Origin: Octopus bimaculoides
Lineage: Eukaryota
Reading direction: 5' to 3'
NCBI RefSeq assembly: GCF_001194135.2
Contig: NC_068991.1
Coordinates: forward strand, 80,224,366-80,288,365
DNA length: 64,000 nt
The stretch's first letter is position 1. Each line of letters starts with the position of its first letter. Below, piece after piece: positions 40,020 through 52,951 of the stretch. Both the position numbers and the translations under genes were made by a program. The notes under the pieces were generated by a model that saw only the letters and a program-made list of their open reading frames with translations, was not told the DNA's origin and did no database searches.

Positions 40020-40680
40020 GTAGAAACTCGTCAAAGATATGGTTATTCTATCAAAACACATCTTCCAGAAACTCATCCATAAAAACAATATCAAAATCAT
40101 CTAAAGTTGTAGTCCGAAATCCAACGACTTCTGTACGTGGTGCCCTGACTCGGAAGTAAGTTTGATCTAAATACCATCACGTGGCTTCGTGCGGTGTTTG
40201 GTGGAGTTTCGTTCGGGAGCAACAATTCAAATTTTACCTCTGCCTCGAAGATTCTTCCACTCTTGTTACGAGTGCTACTTTCCCAACTCAGAGTAGGAGG
40301 TCAGAACATTGCGATTATTTTAGAAACGATTATATGTACGTATCTGTCGAAAATCTATATAATATTATTTAAATGCTCGATGTAGATACATCGTTGAAAG
40401 GCAATTCTCAACGAAGTTCGTCATGACATACGATCTTTTATGGACGAGGAAGACAAAAGTTGTTCCTGCAGTTGCAAATCTAGTCATTGGCTGTGACGAC
40501 ATACCCTTGATGAGGCTCAACTAGACCGAAATGCATACGGCGTTCTCGTTAGCAGCTGCTGGAAAGATTTTTGTCTCCTTCCGACAGACATTGTCCAAAA
40601 CATGTCCATAAAGAATATCTCTGAACAAAAACCACAGTAAATTCCATTTCAAATATGTATTAGAATAAATATGTTACCGA
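40020..40680 (+). mobile_element. Penelope-like relic with degenerate hammerhead
   Basis: LIHKNNIKII*SCSP resembles the PLE RT thumb motif (FNxNxxKxSYSCxPN); TTGATGA-GGCTC-aacta-GACC-GAAA-TGCA-TA at 40507-40537. Confidence 0.4.
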
Positions 40681-41294
40681 GATGGATATTTTAATTTAAT
40701 ACAGTTTCTATGACATATAATGAACACACACTCACACACACACACACGCACGCACAAATGCATCATAAATATTATGAAGGTATCGCACAATTGCTATACT
40801 TGTGTTTTATGACAATTAATAACACGATGTTGTTACATAACTTGGATAATATAAAAAATCAAATACAGAAAGGTGACACGTTGTTGTTTAGCCCCTTGGT
40901 AGCGAGCTGTCTGAATCGTTAACACATCAGACAAATTGATGAGCAGCATTTAACGTTCCGAGTTCAAATTCTGCCAAGTTCGACTTTGTCTTTTATGTTT
41001 TCGGGGTCAGCACCAGTTGAGCCTTGTGCCTATAACAGAAAATATAATTCAGCCTCCATAATCAAAGGGATTCCACCTGTCCCCCTCTCGGCCTTCTTAT
41101 GTACAGGAAACTCACAGCTACGATGTTAAGCGCGTCCTTTTTTAAAACAAGCGAGTTCGATTTTAAGGGATACTTAACTGTTCTTTCTTGCAGGTCGGGT
41201 GGTCACGTGTAGACTGCTTCGAACAGTGGTGGAGAAGAGGGGCAAGTAATCCGTAATGAACAGAGAGTCATCACAATCGCCGCTCTTCGACACC

Positions 41295-41460
41295 ACCGCT
41301 ACCACCACCACCACCACCACCACCACCATCAACAACAACATCAACAACTACTGCCACTTCGGTTACATTAACAAAATTGAACGGATTAAATTACTCATTG
41401 TATCATCACCAGTGCAATAATCCTAATCTATATCCTCATCTTTCATCCCCTCTCTCTCTC

Positions 41461-41527
<67 letters not shown>

Positions 41528-43199
41528 GTCATTATTATCACCATCACACAAATGCCGCCGAGGTCGACTTTGACTTTCATCCTTTCGATGTCGATAAGAT
41601 AAGTACCAGTTGTACACTGGGGTCGAGCCATTCTCCTCTATCTCCTCTCCCCTCCCTCCTCCTCCTCCTCCTCCTCCTCATCATCATCATCATCATTATC
41701 GTGATAATCACCACCACCACCACCACCACCTGCCGCAGCAACAGCGTTATCGTCGTAATCGTTGTCTTCCTCATCTCCATCCTCCTCCTCCTCCTCCTCT
41801 TCATCATCATCATCATCATCGTCGGCCTCGTCATCATCATCATCATCATCACCAATACAAAGCAAAGAAAAAGCCACACAACTTTTACAACTGTCATAGC
41901 AACAGACAGCTCCACCACCACCACCACCACCACCACCACCACCACTATGCTCTGCTGACGACGACGATGACGATAGGCAGACACTTGTGAATTACATGCT
42001 GCTGCCACTGCTGCTGTCGCTGCCACTACTACTACTGGTACTGCTGCTGCAACAACCGCTATGAAGTCAGAAGGTCGCATTTTGCAGCCAACGGTGGCAA
42101 ACGGGCACCACTCGCGCTGACGACACCGTCATTGCTACCATCACTGACCACCACCACCACCACCGCGCCACCGCCGCCACTGCTGATTGTCCTTGACGTC
42201 GGCACCGCCACCATCGTCGGTAACAACAACTTCTACAACTCAGACCTTCAACACCATCGCCGCAACCATCGCCAGCATAATGTGCACGCCGCCACCGCTG
42301 CTGTCACGAGGCCGCTATCAACACTACCCTCCACCTCAGTCGTAGTCTCCGCTGCGCCGCCTCCTTCCACCAACACCACGATAGAGGAAAACTACCGTTT
42401 CCCCCCACCACCACCACCACCACCACGTCAATGTTCAACGACAACAAATCCCATCACCGCCATCATCATCATCTTCATCAACACCGTATCGCCGTGGTTG
42501 TGTGGGGCTGCCTTGGGTTAAATAACAACTCCAGCAGCAACAACAACAACAACGACAAACCACATTAATAACATTGACAACTTTCACCTCCCTCGCCACC
42601 ACCATCAACAGTATCTTCTGTCTCCATCGCCGCCGCCGCCGCCTCGGCCACCACCACCACCATCATCATCAATATACCAACGCCAATGACAAACCCCCGG
42701 CGCCACCTTCTCCATCATTAACAACTCCCACCGCCATCAACTCGGTTATCTTCACGATTATCCTCCCCCCACCACCACCACGACTACCAACTGCAACCCC
42801 AGCAACATTAAGAACAACTTTTGACGCTGCTACTGTCACCGACTCAACTACTATCAACGCTAATAGCCACAACCACCACCACTGCTACTACCGCCACCAC
42901 CAGCACTACTACTACTAATAATAATAATAATAATAATACTATTACTACAACTAACGCTAGTATTACTAGACTACCTTCTAAAACTATTGCTACCAAACTA
43001 ACACCACCACAACAACTACAAGAATACCACCACCACCACCACTACTACTACCACTCGCACCACATCCACTACAACACTGCAGACATCAACTCCCACCACT
43101 ACTAGCATAAACTTTACAAACTACTAACACTACAGCCAAGACTGCTACAATCCTTACATCTACGAACACCACAACCACTAATAACTGCAACTTCAAAAG

Positions 43200-43234
<35 letters not shown>

Positions 43235-44000
43235 AACATATTCTACATACAGCTACAACACTAACTTCTGAGACTCCTACCTGAAGCAATACTACTATTA
43301 CTACTACTACTACTACTACTGCAACCAATACTACAACTATTTCTGCTGCAACTGCTACTATTACTTGCACAGCCACCATTACCACCACTGCTACTAACAC
43401 TGCAACCAACAAATGTCTTTAATACTACTCATACCACAATTCTGCTAACTGCAACTTTTAAAACTACCATTACTACTACTACTGCTGCTGCTACCGCAAC
43501 ACCAGCGCTAGCAACAACAATATCACTTCCACCACAACTACAAACAGCACCAATACTACTACCAACAACAACCACAACATCAGTTCGAATACTACTACAG
43601 CCTAAACCCATCCGGCCAGTAACCCTACACCAACGACCTGCACCATTCCATCGCCAACAGCCTCAACACCAACTTTTCGTCTTCTCCCACCAACACCATC
43701 GTCACTACTGACAGCTACTAGCAGCATCCCCAGCATCCCCAGCATCACCAACAACACCAACAACACCAACAGCAACTTGTTGCATTACAACCACCGACGC
43801 TAACACTATCAGCAACAACAACACTAATAACTTTTAATATTACTGCTACCACCACCATTACGAACTTCACAAGCTCGAATACTAACCACCACCACCACCA
43901 CCGCCGCCGCCGCCGCCGCCACCACTACGAACAACTTCCATCAACAACAGCAACAGCATCAGCAGCAATAGCTGCTGCAGTAACCACAATAACAACAACA
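41295..44000. repeat. 2.7 kb mosaic of trinucleotide repeats (CAC, CAT, CCT, CAA, TAC, TGC, CGC)
   Basis: Direct reading. The plus strand is C/A-rich and G-poor; a SINE fragment is embedded at about 41545-41630; no continuous ORF. Confidence 0.95.
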
Positions 44001-44057
44001 TCAAGCCTCACTGCCAGATGTGTTTTTAGTTGACTTGAGTAATGCGACAGTGTAAAC

Positions 44058-44137
44058 ATGGCGGCGGGAATCGCACCTTTCAATCCAGGTACATCAGTTG
44101 TACCTTCAACGCAAGTGGAATTATCTGTCTCGTGCCG
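44058..44137 (+). CDS. CPNE8: First coding exon of a copine (C2-C2-vWA Ca2+/phospholipid-binding protein), CPNE5/8/9-like
   Basis: ATG at 44058 in aaacATGG context. Translates MAAGIAPFNPGTSVVPSTQVELSVSCR and ends at a phase-2 donor CG|GTAAGC (44138). P-x-T-x-VE-x-S-VSCR is the copine C2A first strand (vertebrate CPNE8: IPATRVEVSVSCR). Exact paralog assignment is uncertain. The expected next exon (NLxDxDxFSKSDP) was not found downstream, so intron 1 is over 19 kb or exon 2 lies in a gap. Confidence 0.85.
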
Positions 44138-45299
44138 GTAAGCCCTCACTTTCTCCTTCCTTTCTTCTTTCTTTCATTTATTTAGCTTTCATCGATTATA
44201 TTTCTTCGACAGATTTTTCATATCAATACTTTCAAAAGAAAAGAAAAAGAAAGGGAAAAGAGAGTCAGTTTTCGATCTGTTTAAAAACAATAACAAAACA
44301 ATGACAATCGCAGAAGCAAGAAAAGACAGAAAAAAATAAAACCGGTCAGAAAACTCAGAAAGCAAGTGTTTAATGAGGTTTTTGTTACTTTCTCTAATTT
44401 GACTTCAGCTATTACTTTTTTTTTTTTTTTTTTTCATAATTTCTTGTTTTATTAAGTTATTTGTGAAAATCGGTTGCGCAGTCGGGAAAAATATTTTTTA
44501 TGTATTTCGTTTGGATCTTTATATTCCGCTGAACCCAAATTTACCATTTATCTTTTCGAGAGATAACAGAAAGGACCTTGTGCTTAAATGGTAAATAATT
44601 ACAAACAAATTATTGCTTTGAATTGGAGGCTGGTAGAATAATTAAGCCCCTGATAAAGAGATTCGGTAAATTACTATCAAGAGAATCAACGCAACACTTC
44701 CCAATCGCCAATACAAACTCCAATAACCACCGCCACCACCACCACGGTGTGTGCGTTTTGTTGTTGATTTGAATTTTATCTCACGTTTTAATGTTCAAAT
44801 TCCGCTGGTGGCAAACTTGTGTTTCATTCATTCTTTTCCGTGAGGAGAAGGCGGTAAAACACAGAGTCAAGTGTCAGCGATCGATATAATCGATGACAGC
44901 ATCAGTCACCCACTCGCGCACCTTAATCATTGTCACTGACTGCTTCTGCCATGGCTTTTCACGCTCAATAAAAGCCACCACTTCGCTGTTTTTAAACTTC
45001 TCCTCGACATCTCTCTCTCTCTCTCTCTTTCTCCTTCTCTTTCTCATCCGCCACCCCCCAGGCAAAATATTAAATGAATATCATCATCATCATCATCATT
45101 ATTATTATTATTATTATTATTATCATTATCATTGTTATTACAAAAGAAGCCAGCTCAGCAGCAACAGCAGCAGTAGTATACCACGTTGTTGCACTGAGAT
45201 AGACAACTGTTGGTGTCGGTGGTGGTGGTGGTGGTGGTGGTGCCATCAATTGTGGCGGTGGCACTGATGTTGACGCTACTGTTACTGTCGTTGTTGATT

Positions 45300-45490
45300 A
45301 ACCCCAGGTAAACCCTGTCCGAGCTAACAGACATTCAAAAGCGTTACAGCTGTGACCATCTCGTGTGTTTAGCAATTCTGTGCAACTAAAATATGTCATG
45401 TGCTTTTCTCATTTAATACGGTTGTGTGCGATTTCAGGGACATTTAGCTGCTATTTCTAACAGTCAAAGTGATCCTATAGAGGAGATTCC
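45300..45490 (+). mobile_element. Interspersed repeat family (cccaggt...gtgaccat...ttcaggga.atttagctgctatttct)
   Basis: Related segments at about 28440-28650 (-), 41050-41220 and 57050-57130. Confidence 0.5.
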
Positions 45491-45499
45491 CTCCTTGAC

Positions 45500-46150
45500 T
45501 CCTATTACTTACGGTGAACGTGTTGTGACGCTGTTGTGCTTCACTGTGTATCATCCGTAAGGTACAGGTTGTTGTTTTCTGCTGTTGTGACAGTTTCTAT
45601 TTAAGAATGCTATGCTACGTCACGTTCTGCTCTGGAATATTCTGTTGTGTTGTTGTATTGCACGAGTATACTGTCATGTAATACGGTTTGTTGTAGTGTA
45701 TGATGCACAGTGTTGTGGTACGTTCTGTCATTTAGGAATATAGTTGTGTAGCGAACAATGTTGTAGTCTATGCTACAATGTGTAGTGCCATGTGATGCAA
45801 TGTTGCGCTGCAGCATTTTGCGTTGTGGTGCTTTATGTTTTATATTTTAGTGTGTTACGTTGTGGTATGTGTTGTAGTGTTTTTATATTGTGTTAGTATG
45901 TTGCGGTGTTATACGCTAAGTTGTGCTGTTTGTTGCCCTGTGTCGTGATGTGTTGTGTGGCCTGCTGCACTGTGGTTTGTTGTGGTACGTTGCAGGGGTA
46001 TTTTCCCTTGTGGCTTGTTGCGCTGTATTCTCTTGTGATATGTCGAGTAGTGCTGTTGTCAGTCACGGTATACATTGTGTGTTCTGCTAGCATGCTGTAA
46101 TGTGTTGTGTTGTGCTACCTCGTGTTGTTGTCTTGCGGTGTGTTGTGTGA
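45500..46150. repeat. Degenerate pentanucleotide (TGTTG/TGTAG/TGTGG-type) mosaic
   Basis: Five-base periodicity visible throughout; G/T-rich on the plus strand. Confidence 0.75.
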
Positions 46151-46378
46151 TGTGTCGGATTACAGACATTAATCATATGCATGTGTCGGTATACGGCTAC
46201 GTGCATGTGTGTGTGTGTGTACGTGTGTCGCTATTTCCGTATTGAGGATTTTCCTCAAGTCCATGGCAGTCGTCCGTAGTTTCCTTCTTTCACTCTGTCG
46301 TCTTTTCCTTCCTCACTCTCGCTTGGTGTTGTTTGTGTACAGAAGAACGAGCGAATAGGTACACACACACGCACACAC

Positions 46379-46428
<50 letters not shown>

Positions 46429-46718
46429 ACATACATGTATATGAGAGTAAGAAAGTGAGGATGGATGGATGGAGGGACGGGTGTGTTGTGCGTTCGTGCG
46501 TGTTTTCGTCATACTAAAAGAAGACCTTCTGCACCTGTCTCTGTTCTGTTTATTTGAGACTCTACACAGGTACCTAAGTGTACATTTTATGTAGAATGTG
46601 TCATGCATGTAACTAGGCATAAGTATATGGATCGTATGTGTCAGGAAATGAGGTTTATACAACTTCACTTACCTACACAAACGTATCCCTTTTATCTTTC
46701 AGTAAACGCGCACACACG

Positions 46719-46751
<33 letters not shown>

Positions 46752-46980
46752 TCATGTGCTTGTATATGTCTGTGTTTCTGTCTGTAAGGTATACAGAATA
46801 AAACAGTTGCATCCTGAGTTATTCAATTGAATTAAAGTCTTTGTTGGTTTAACTTAGGATTTAAATGGTGAATAATATTTACATTTCACAAAAAACAAAT
46901 TTATCCGAAAGAGAATAAAATACATGACCATTCATTTCTCTCCTTCATTCATCCTTTGTTCGTTCTCTCTCTTTTCTCTC

Positions 46981-47013
<33 letters not shown>

Positions 47014-47685
47014 TTCATTTTCGTTCTCTTTCCCTTACATTACATACACACGCACGCGCGCATTTGGTCACATAAAGAAATAAATAAAAGTGAAAGTAGA
47101 ATTTTGTTTAATTTTTATTGTAAAGTAAGTATTGCGTATGTCGTTGTGAAATGTAGAATTTAAATAACTGTTTTACATATAAATATATCTTAGAAGCATA
47201 GAAACAAAAAAATAAACAAAAAAAAAGAAATCAATGCAGTGATGAAGAAATCAATGAATATTTAAATTTAATTAGTTGAATTACAGCTTTTTTGTTAGCT
47301 TTATATATTTTTTTGTTTATATTTTTACCTGTAAAATTCGAAAATTACAGAGTAATTACTTTCATTATCTTTATAATTTTTAAAATAGATTTTTCTCTTA
47401 TCTGTTTGCTTTTATAAACAGCTAGATGACCTTCAATTGAAGGCGTTCCATTTGTGACCATCACATCTCCCAAGTACATATGAGCCATAGTGTATAAGTA
47501 TACACACACACACATGCATATATTATTTTATTCTTTTATTTTTTATCGGTTTCAGTTCAGAGAAAGAGAGAGAGAGAGAATGAGAGAGAGAGGGGGAAAG
47601 AAAGAGACAGACACACAGAGACAAAGAAAGAAAGAGGGTGAATGTTGGATAGATAGACTGATAGAGAGAGATAGGAACAATATAT

Positions 47686-47725
<40 letters not shown>

Positions 47726-47990
47726 ATTTTTTTCCAGAGGATGTAGCAACCGTTATATCACTTGGCGACGCTAATAACCTTGTATTAGGACTCGATATAC
47801 ATATAGCCGAGTGCAGAACGTAATAAGGGTTTTATAGAAATGAGAAGGGAGCAAGAAATTATGTCAGCAACATCATTAGCTTACAGCTGTTTCTGCTATA
47901 AGATGCAATGCACTTATAGTTGAGTGCTTGTGCTTCACTTCATTGCTTCGTCGGCGCTTCAAAATGAAGTGCAATATTATTGGGGAAAAC

Positions 47991-48078
<88 letters not shown>

Positions 48079-48310
48079 TCTTTCCGCCTCTTGTCCATCT
48101 TTTACTTTTATCTAATCTCGTCTAAATTGTATGATGTGATTAGAGGAAGATTTGTCTGCTACTCTTAGCATTTTGAGCAATGCAACAATATGGCGACTGC
48201 TCCGGTGAAACTCGGGGTAACATTTTTATTGAGATTTACTGATTTGCAGACTTGCAGATGTACAATCGAGAATAAGGATATAAGACTTTTGGTATTATTT
48301 AATGAGACTT

Positions 48311-48660
48311 GAGGTAGTGAACTGGCAAAATATTCAGCAAGTCTGGCAAAATGTTTAGCAGGATTCCTTCTTGCTATTTACGTTCTGAGTTCAAATTCCG
48401 GTTGGAATCGATAAAATAAATACTCGTTGAGTACTAGTGTAGATGTAAACGACTACCCACTCACCCAATATTTCAGACTTGTGCCTATAAATAGAAAGAA
48501 TTATTTAAAAGGGCAAAAAAGTGACGAGCTGGCAGAAGTGTTAGAGCGTCGAACAAAATGCTTAGCTGCATCTTTTCCCACTCCTTACGTTTTGAGTTCA
48601 AATTCCGCCGAGGTGAATTTTGCCTTTCATCTTTTTTCAGTATCGATAAAATAATTACCA
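48311..48660 (+). mobile_element. Two tandem SINE copies (11521 family)
   Basis: Two heads (actggcaaaa at about 48321; gacgagctggcagaag at about 48523), each followed by tgagttcaaattccg and tcgataaaataa. Confidence 0.75.
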
Positions 48661-49054
48661 ATTGATGTAATAATCTACCATTCTACCGTCCCCGGTAGGT
48701 GACAGAGTAGATGTTTATTCCATACGTTTATAGCTTTTTCATCATCTTGTTAGTTATAGAATAGTTATAGAACATCAATGTTAACATACAAATTAAAAAA
48801 ACGTATACAAGCATAAATAAATGTGTGTGTGTGTGTGTGTGTATGTGTGTGTGTGTGTATCGCTATGTAGAAGGGTACAGATACGAGAACCAACAAGCTA
48901 ATCCTCAGAACGATACATGGTGTTTGAAAACGTCAACTCTGCTACAGACAGGAAACTGACTCTATATATATCCACAGGCATGTAGGTATACGTATACATA
49001 CATACATACATACATACATACATACATACATGCATACATGCATGCATGCATGCA

Positions 49055-49088
<34 letters not shown>

Positions 49089-49120
49089 CATACATACATA
49101 CATACATACATACATACATA

Positions 49121-49430
49121 CCTGTAATTATTGGTTTCCTGGGATATATAACACTGCCTTAATACCAATCTTGAGAAATTAGACTTCTCAAAACCAGAAA
49201 TGAGAAAGCTGATTCGAAGACTACAGATACAACCCATCATTGGAACTGTAAAAATCTGTAAAACTTTCCAGAAGTTTATCATTTAAGTATATATAAGCAC
49301 GTCTAGATATGCAACAATATGCATGAGAAAACATACATGAAACATGCAAATCTGCACACATGCATACATGCTACGTACATCTGTCCATCCATCCATCCAT
49401 CCATCCATACATACATACATACATACATAC
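49121..49430 (+). mobile_element. RLE family B, 5'-truncated copy abutting an (ATAC)n tract
   Basis: (ATAC)n at about 48985-49120 runs directly into cctgtaattattgg (PVIIG)...NLEKLDFSKPEMRKLIRRLQIQPIIGTVKICKTFQKFII*, then the 3' UTR. Confidence 0.85.
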
Positions 49431-49445
49431 ATAATACATACACAA

Positions 49446-49514
<69 letters not shown>

Positions 49515-49599
49515 CATACATATGCATATACTTATATATATGTTTGTCACTGTATTTTCTATACTATCAGATGGTTTTTATACACGTCTGGTCGCAATG

Positions 49600-49810
49600 T
49601 GCTTCAATGCATTGTTACAGCTTCCGAATGATGCCATCCTGTCGGCCAGTTGGGAAGGTCAGTATTCCATGTGAACAAAACATCAGTCTATGGCAGTGTT
49701 ACCTATTGGCGGCTGAGTCGACTGCAGCAGCTTGGAATGAAGTGTTTTGCTCAAAAACACTACACACCGCTTGTCTGAGAATGGAAGCTACAATCTTGCG
49801 AACGTGACTG
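49600..49810 (-). mobile_element. CORE-like SINE
   Basis: tgaagtgttttgctcaaaaacac... matches the reverse complement of the CORE-like domain in the 1490-1735 copy. Confidence 0.55.
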
Positions 49811-50429
49811 TAACACGATACACACGCGCACATGTGCGAACACACATGCACAGACACACGCACGCACACTCATAAAACAATATGCAGAGATATTAGTAGA
49901 CTACCCAAAGAATCTAGACTGTAATATAACCGTATAAATTGATCATAATGAGGAATTGTTTTAAATGAAGATATAATCTGTTCCGCTTATACTAGTCTGG
50001 TGTCTAATGTACTGGGCTACAGATCTATGTTTAATATTATTAATATATTTTATAATTTCATTCTATATATGACGTATATTTGATTCAATCCCATTAAAGA
50101 AGAACATAGGATTAAGTTATAGTGAAAATAGTGTTATTTCATTTCATTTACTGAACGTTATATATCGTGTTTTAATCTTGATGTTCGTTAATACTTGGAA
50201 CTATTTGAAAAAATATGTAGAAGCCTGTGTGTTGGGAAGTAAGCCACTCATTAACATATTTTTCTTATAATGCACGGAAACTGGAGTGTTCAGAAGAAGC
50301 CTACGTGTTTGTAATAGTAGAACTGCAAAAGCTGCAGTGGTAAAGAAATTATAATAAGAGTTGCTACGAGTGCTCCGATTTATATGGTATTAAATCTGTA
50401 CCGATCATAGTCTTGGCAATTAAGAACAT

Positions 50430-51900
50430 TGTTCTGACAGCTCTTCACATTATACAATGTTGCTTTTTCATCAGTTTTACCAACTGGTGTATACATAAAG
50501 AGATTATAGTTCCTTCCCGCTCTTAAGAATCCTAAATATACTTGGTCTTTCACAAAGTAGATTTCTTCAAGATGCAGTCCAGCAACTGTCGTCAATGTTT
50601 ACTCTTGGGATTTATCGATTGACATGGCAAAGCTTGGACGCTCTTGGAACTGAAGTCTTCGAAATGAAAAGCCACATCTGCTGATGTGAATAGAATTCTG
50701 ACTATAATTCCATCTTGTCGTGTTGGGCACCCAGAGTGAGAGCATTAGTTCTAATGACATCAGACATAAACGTGTAAACCATTTCTCTTGTGCCGTTGCA
50801 TCGATGCAGCGGATCTGAATTATTGAACAACATTATTGGGGATCGTTCAACAATATCTTCTTGCTACTCAGCGGCGTCTATTGATTTCTCAGTATGGTCA
50901 TTTCAGTGCCTACAACGGATGTCAGTTTATGCTGCAGACTAAGCACGTCATTCACACAATCACGTGTGTGCTAGTTTATGATGTTGACGTTTCAGGAACA
51001 CTTTTCGTATCAAATCTTCTTAATCTGTGCGCTTATAAGAGTTAAGACCATGGCACATTGTTACCAGAAAGAATTCTTTCCTCTCCACGTCGTAAGAAGA
51101 TTTTGGAAAAATGACCTCACAGCTGATCTAAAACATAAACCCTCTAGTTTGCACTAATTTTAGACAGTTTGAATTATGTAACGTAACGATTTAAGGCAAG
51201 TATGAATTTCGACGATTTTTGCTTTTTCCTTTTTTGTAATCGTTCGCAGAGCCTGATAACACCACCACTACTTCTCACGTTTGAGATCAATTTTCCCTGC
51301 AAGTCCTGCAATATCATGCCCAGACCTTCAAAGCACCCATGTGAACCATTGTGCATCGACTTACTCCTTCTCAAAATTATTGGTCTTGCGTCAACATTAG
51401 AAAACATTTATTCTTTATTGAATTGCAGAACTCAAAACTGATACATTAGATGTCACATTCACGAGTGTGTTGTAAAGAATTGTCTCCGAGATGTCAAAGC
51501 AAGGTTTGTAAGCCTGCGTTGTCTGTGAGAAGGAAGCCATTTTTACTTGCTTGGGTCGTTTTGCTAAATGATCTAAGGAAAACCATTTAATGCGATTGTT
51601 GTTTTCTCTGCAAAGTAACTTCCCTTTGAAGCAACCACAGGGCTCATAAACAACATGGGCTCTAACAATATTGAAGAGCCCTTTCTTCGTGTAAGGCCCA
51701 AGAAGCAATGCAGATATGATAGAATCAATTTGTTTTAAGTGAATCGCTACTCCAAACCAAATTAAAATGTGCGCTTGTGACAAGTACGCTAATCCATGAC
51801 ATTATTGATGAAAACATCAATAGTAACCAATTTCTTTTGAAGGAGACAAAGTTTGGTTGTGACCGTAATTTTAACTTGCATCCACAAAATTTATTTTCCT
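50430..51900 (-). mobile_element. Helitron RepHel relic (Rep and PIF1-helicase fragments)
   Basis: Minus strand: AHILIW...IDSIISA...LFNIVRAHVVYEPCG (Rep, GLPHAHIL-like); MHNGSHGCFEGLGMILQDLQG...GGV (helicase); FAMSIDKSQ...TVAGLHLEE..F..DQVYLGFLRAG (helicase C-terminus). A possible CTAG-T 3' end at about 49992 is tentative. Confidence 0.85.
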
Positions 51901-52214
51901 GCTTGAATTAATTAAAATCAGGTGCTATGTCAAATCAATAGCTAACACGTGTACCATCATAATTAGCGGAAGTTCTACATTAATCATGCCCTCTGCTAAT
52001 ATTGTCACTTTGCTAGTGATTTATAGAGGTGGGGAGGGAAAAGATTTTACGGTAGTAAGGCGAATATATGTGACAAAGAGAGAGAGTGGGAGAGATAGAG
52101 AGAGAGGGAGGGAGGGCGAAAGAGACAGGTAGACTGACAAACAGACAGAGAAAGTTGACGAAAAAGAGAAACTGCTTTCCAAGTCTTATGATGTTATCAA
52201 CCTTATGTATGCAA

Positions 52215-52465
52215 ACTTGGTCACGGGATGCACTTGGTGGTTAAAAGATGTTGCCGAAGGGATATGATACGACATCCAAAGGAATGTTGAATCGATGTTA
52301 AATTTCTGCCGCCTTTTCTTCGTTTTATATGGAGGCGGTCTACATCACTGTTCATGTGGAAATTATGTGTGCTTGTTAATATTTTCCGAGTTTTCACATC
52401 AATGGTTCGGATCGTACCAAGCGCCCAATCAAGTAGAAAAAATGTTGGTATGAGTACTGGCGCTG
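52215..52465 (-). mobile_element. R4/Dong-like RT fragment starting directly after an (ATAC)n tail
   Basis: APVLIPTFFLLDW...IDVKTRKILTSTHNFHMNSDVDRLHIKRRKGGRNLTSIQHSFGCRIISLRQHL. Confidence 0.8.
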
Positions 52466-52905
52466 TATGTATGTATGTATGTATGTCATTATTCATTTTT
52501 ATTTCAAATTTCTTGCCAATAGAGAAAGAGCTGGTTTCTAGCCAAGATCCAAGGCTCTTTCATTGGAATTTCGACATCAAGTGTATTTTTGTATGTATGT
52601 ATGTATGTATGTATGTATGTATGTATGCATGTATGTGTATATGTGCGTTCGTACGCATGTCTAGACATGCTCGTATGTACTTAAATGACAAACTTCCGGA
52701 AAGTTTTACAGATTTTTACTGTTGTAGTGATTTATTGGATCTGTAGTCTTCGAATCAAGCTTTTTCCCTTCTAGTTTTCAGAAGTATAATTTCTCAAGGT
52801 TGATATTTAGGCAGTGTGTTACATATCCCAGTGCTCCAATAATTACAGGTATAAACCCGAACTAGTAGTCTGGATAGAGTTATTGCAAATTACTCATCAG
52901 TTCAA
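52466..52905 (-). mobile_element. RLE family B 3' end (minus strand)
   Basis: Reverse complement: LYPDY*FGFIPVIIGALGYVT...C-terminus, then a 3' UTR with internal (ATAC)n ending gaataatgacatacatacatac. Confidence 0.85.
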
Positions 52906-52909
52906 GGGA

Positions 52910-52917
52910 TACATACA

Positions 52918-52951
<34 letters not shown>

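Noticed and set aside
41377-43611. His/Pro/Thr-rich ORFs resembling histidine-rich or mucin-like proteins
   Set aside because: All frames are interrupted, several overlap on both strands, and one spans a SINE fragment; explained by the triplet mosaic.
45455-45485. Copine exon 2 candidate (agt gat cct, SDP)
   Set aside because: Lies within an interspersed repeat; no acceptor or NL.D.D.FSK context.
47430-47443. 14 bp perfect palindrome ccttcaattgaagg
   Set aside because: Isolated, and expected occasionally by chance in 64 kb of AT-rich DNA.
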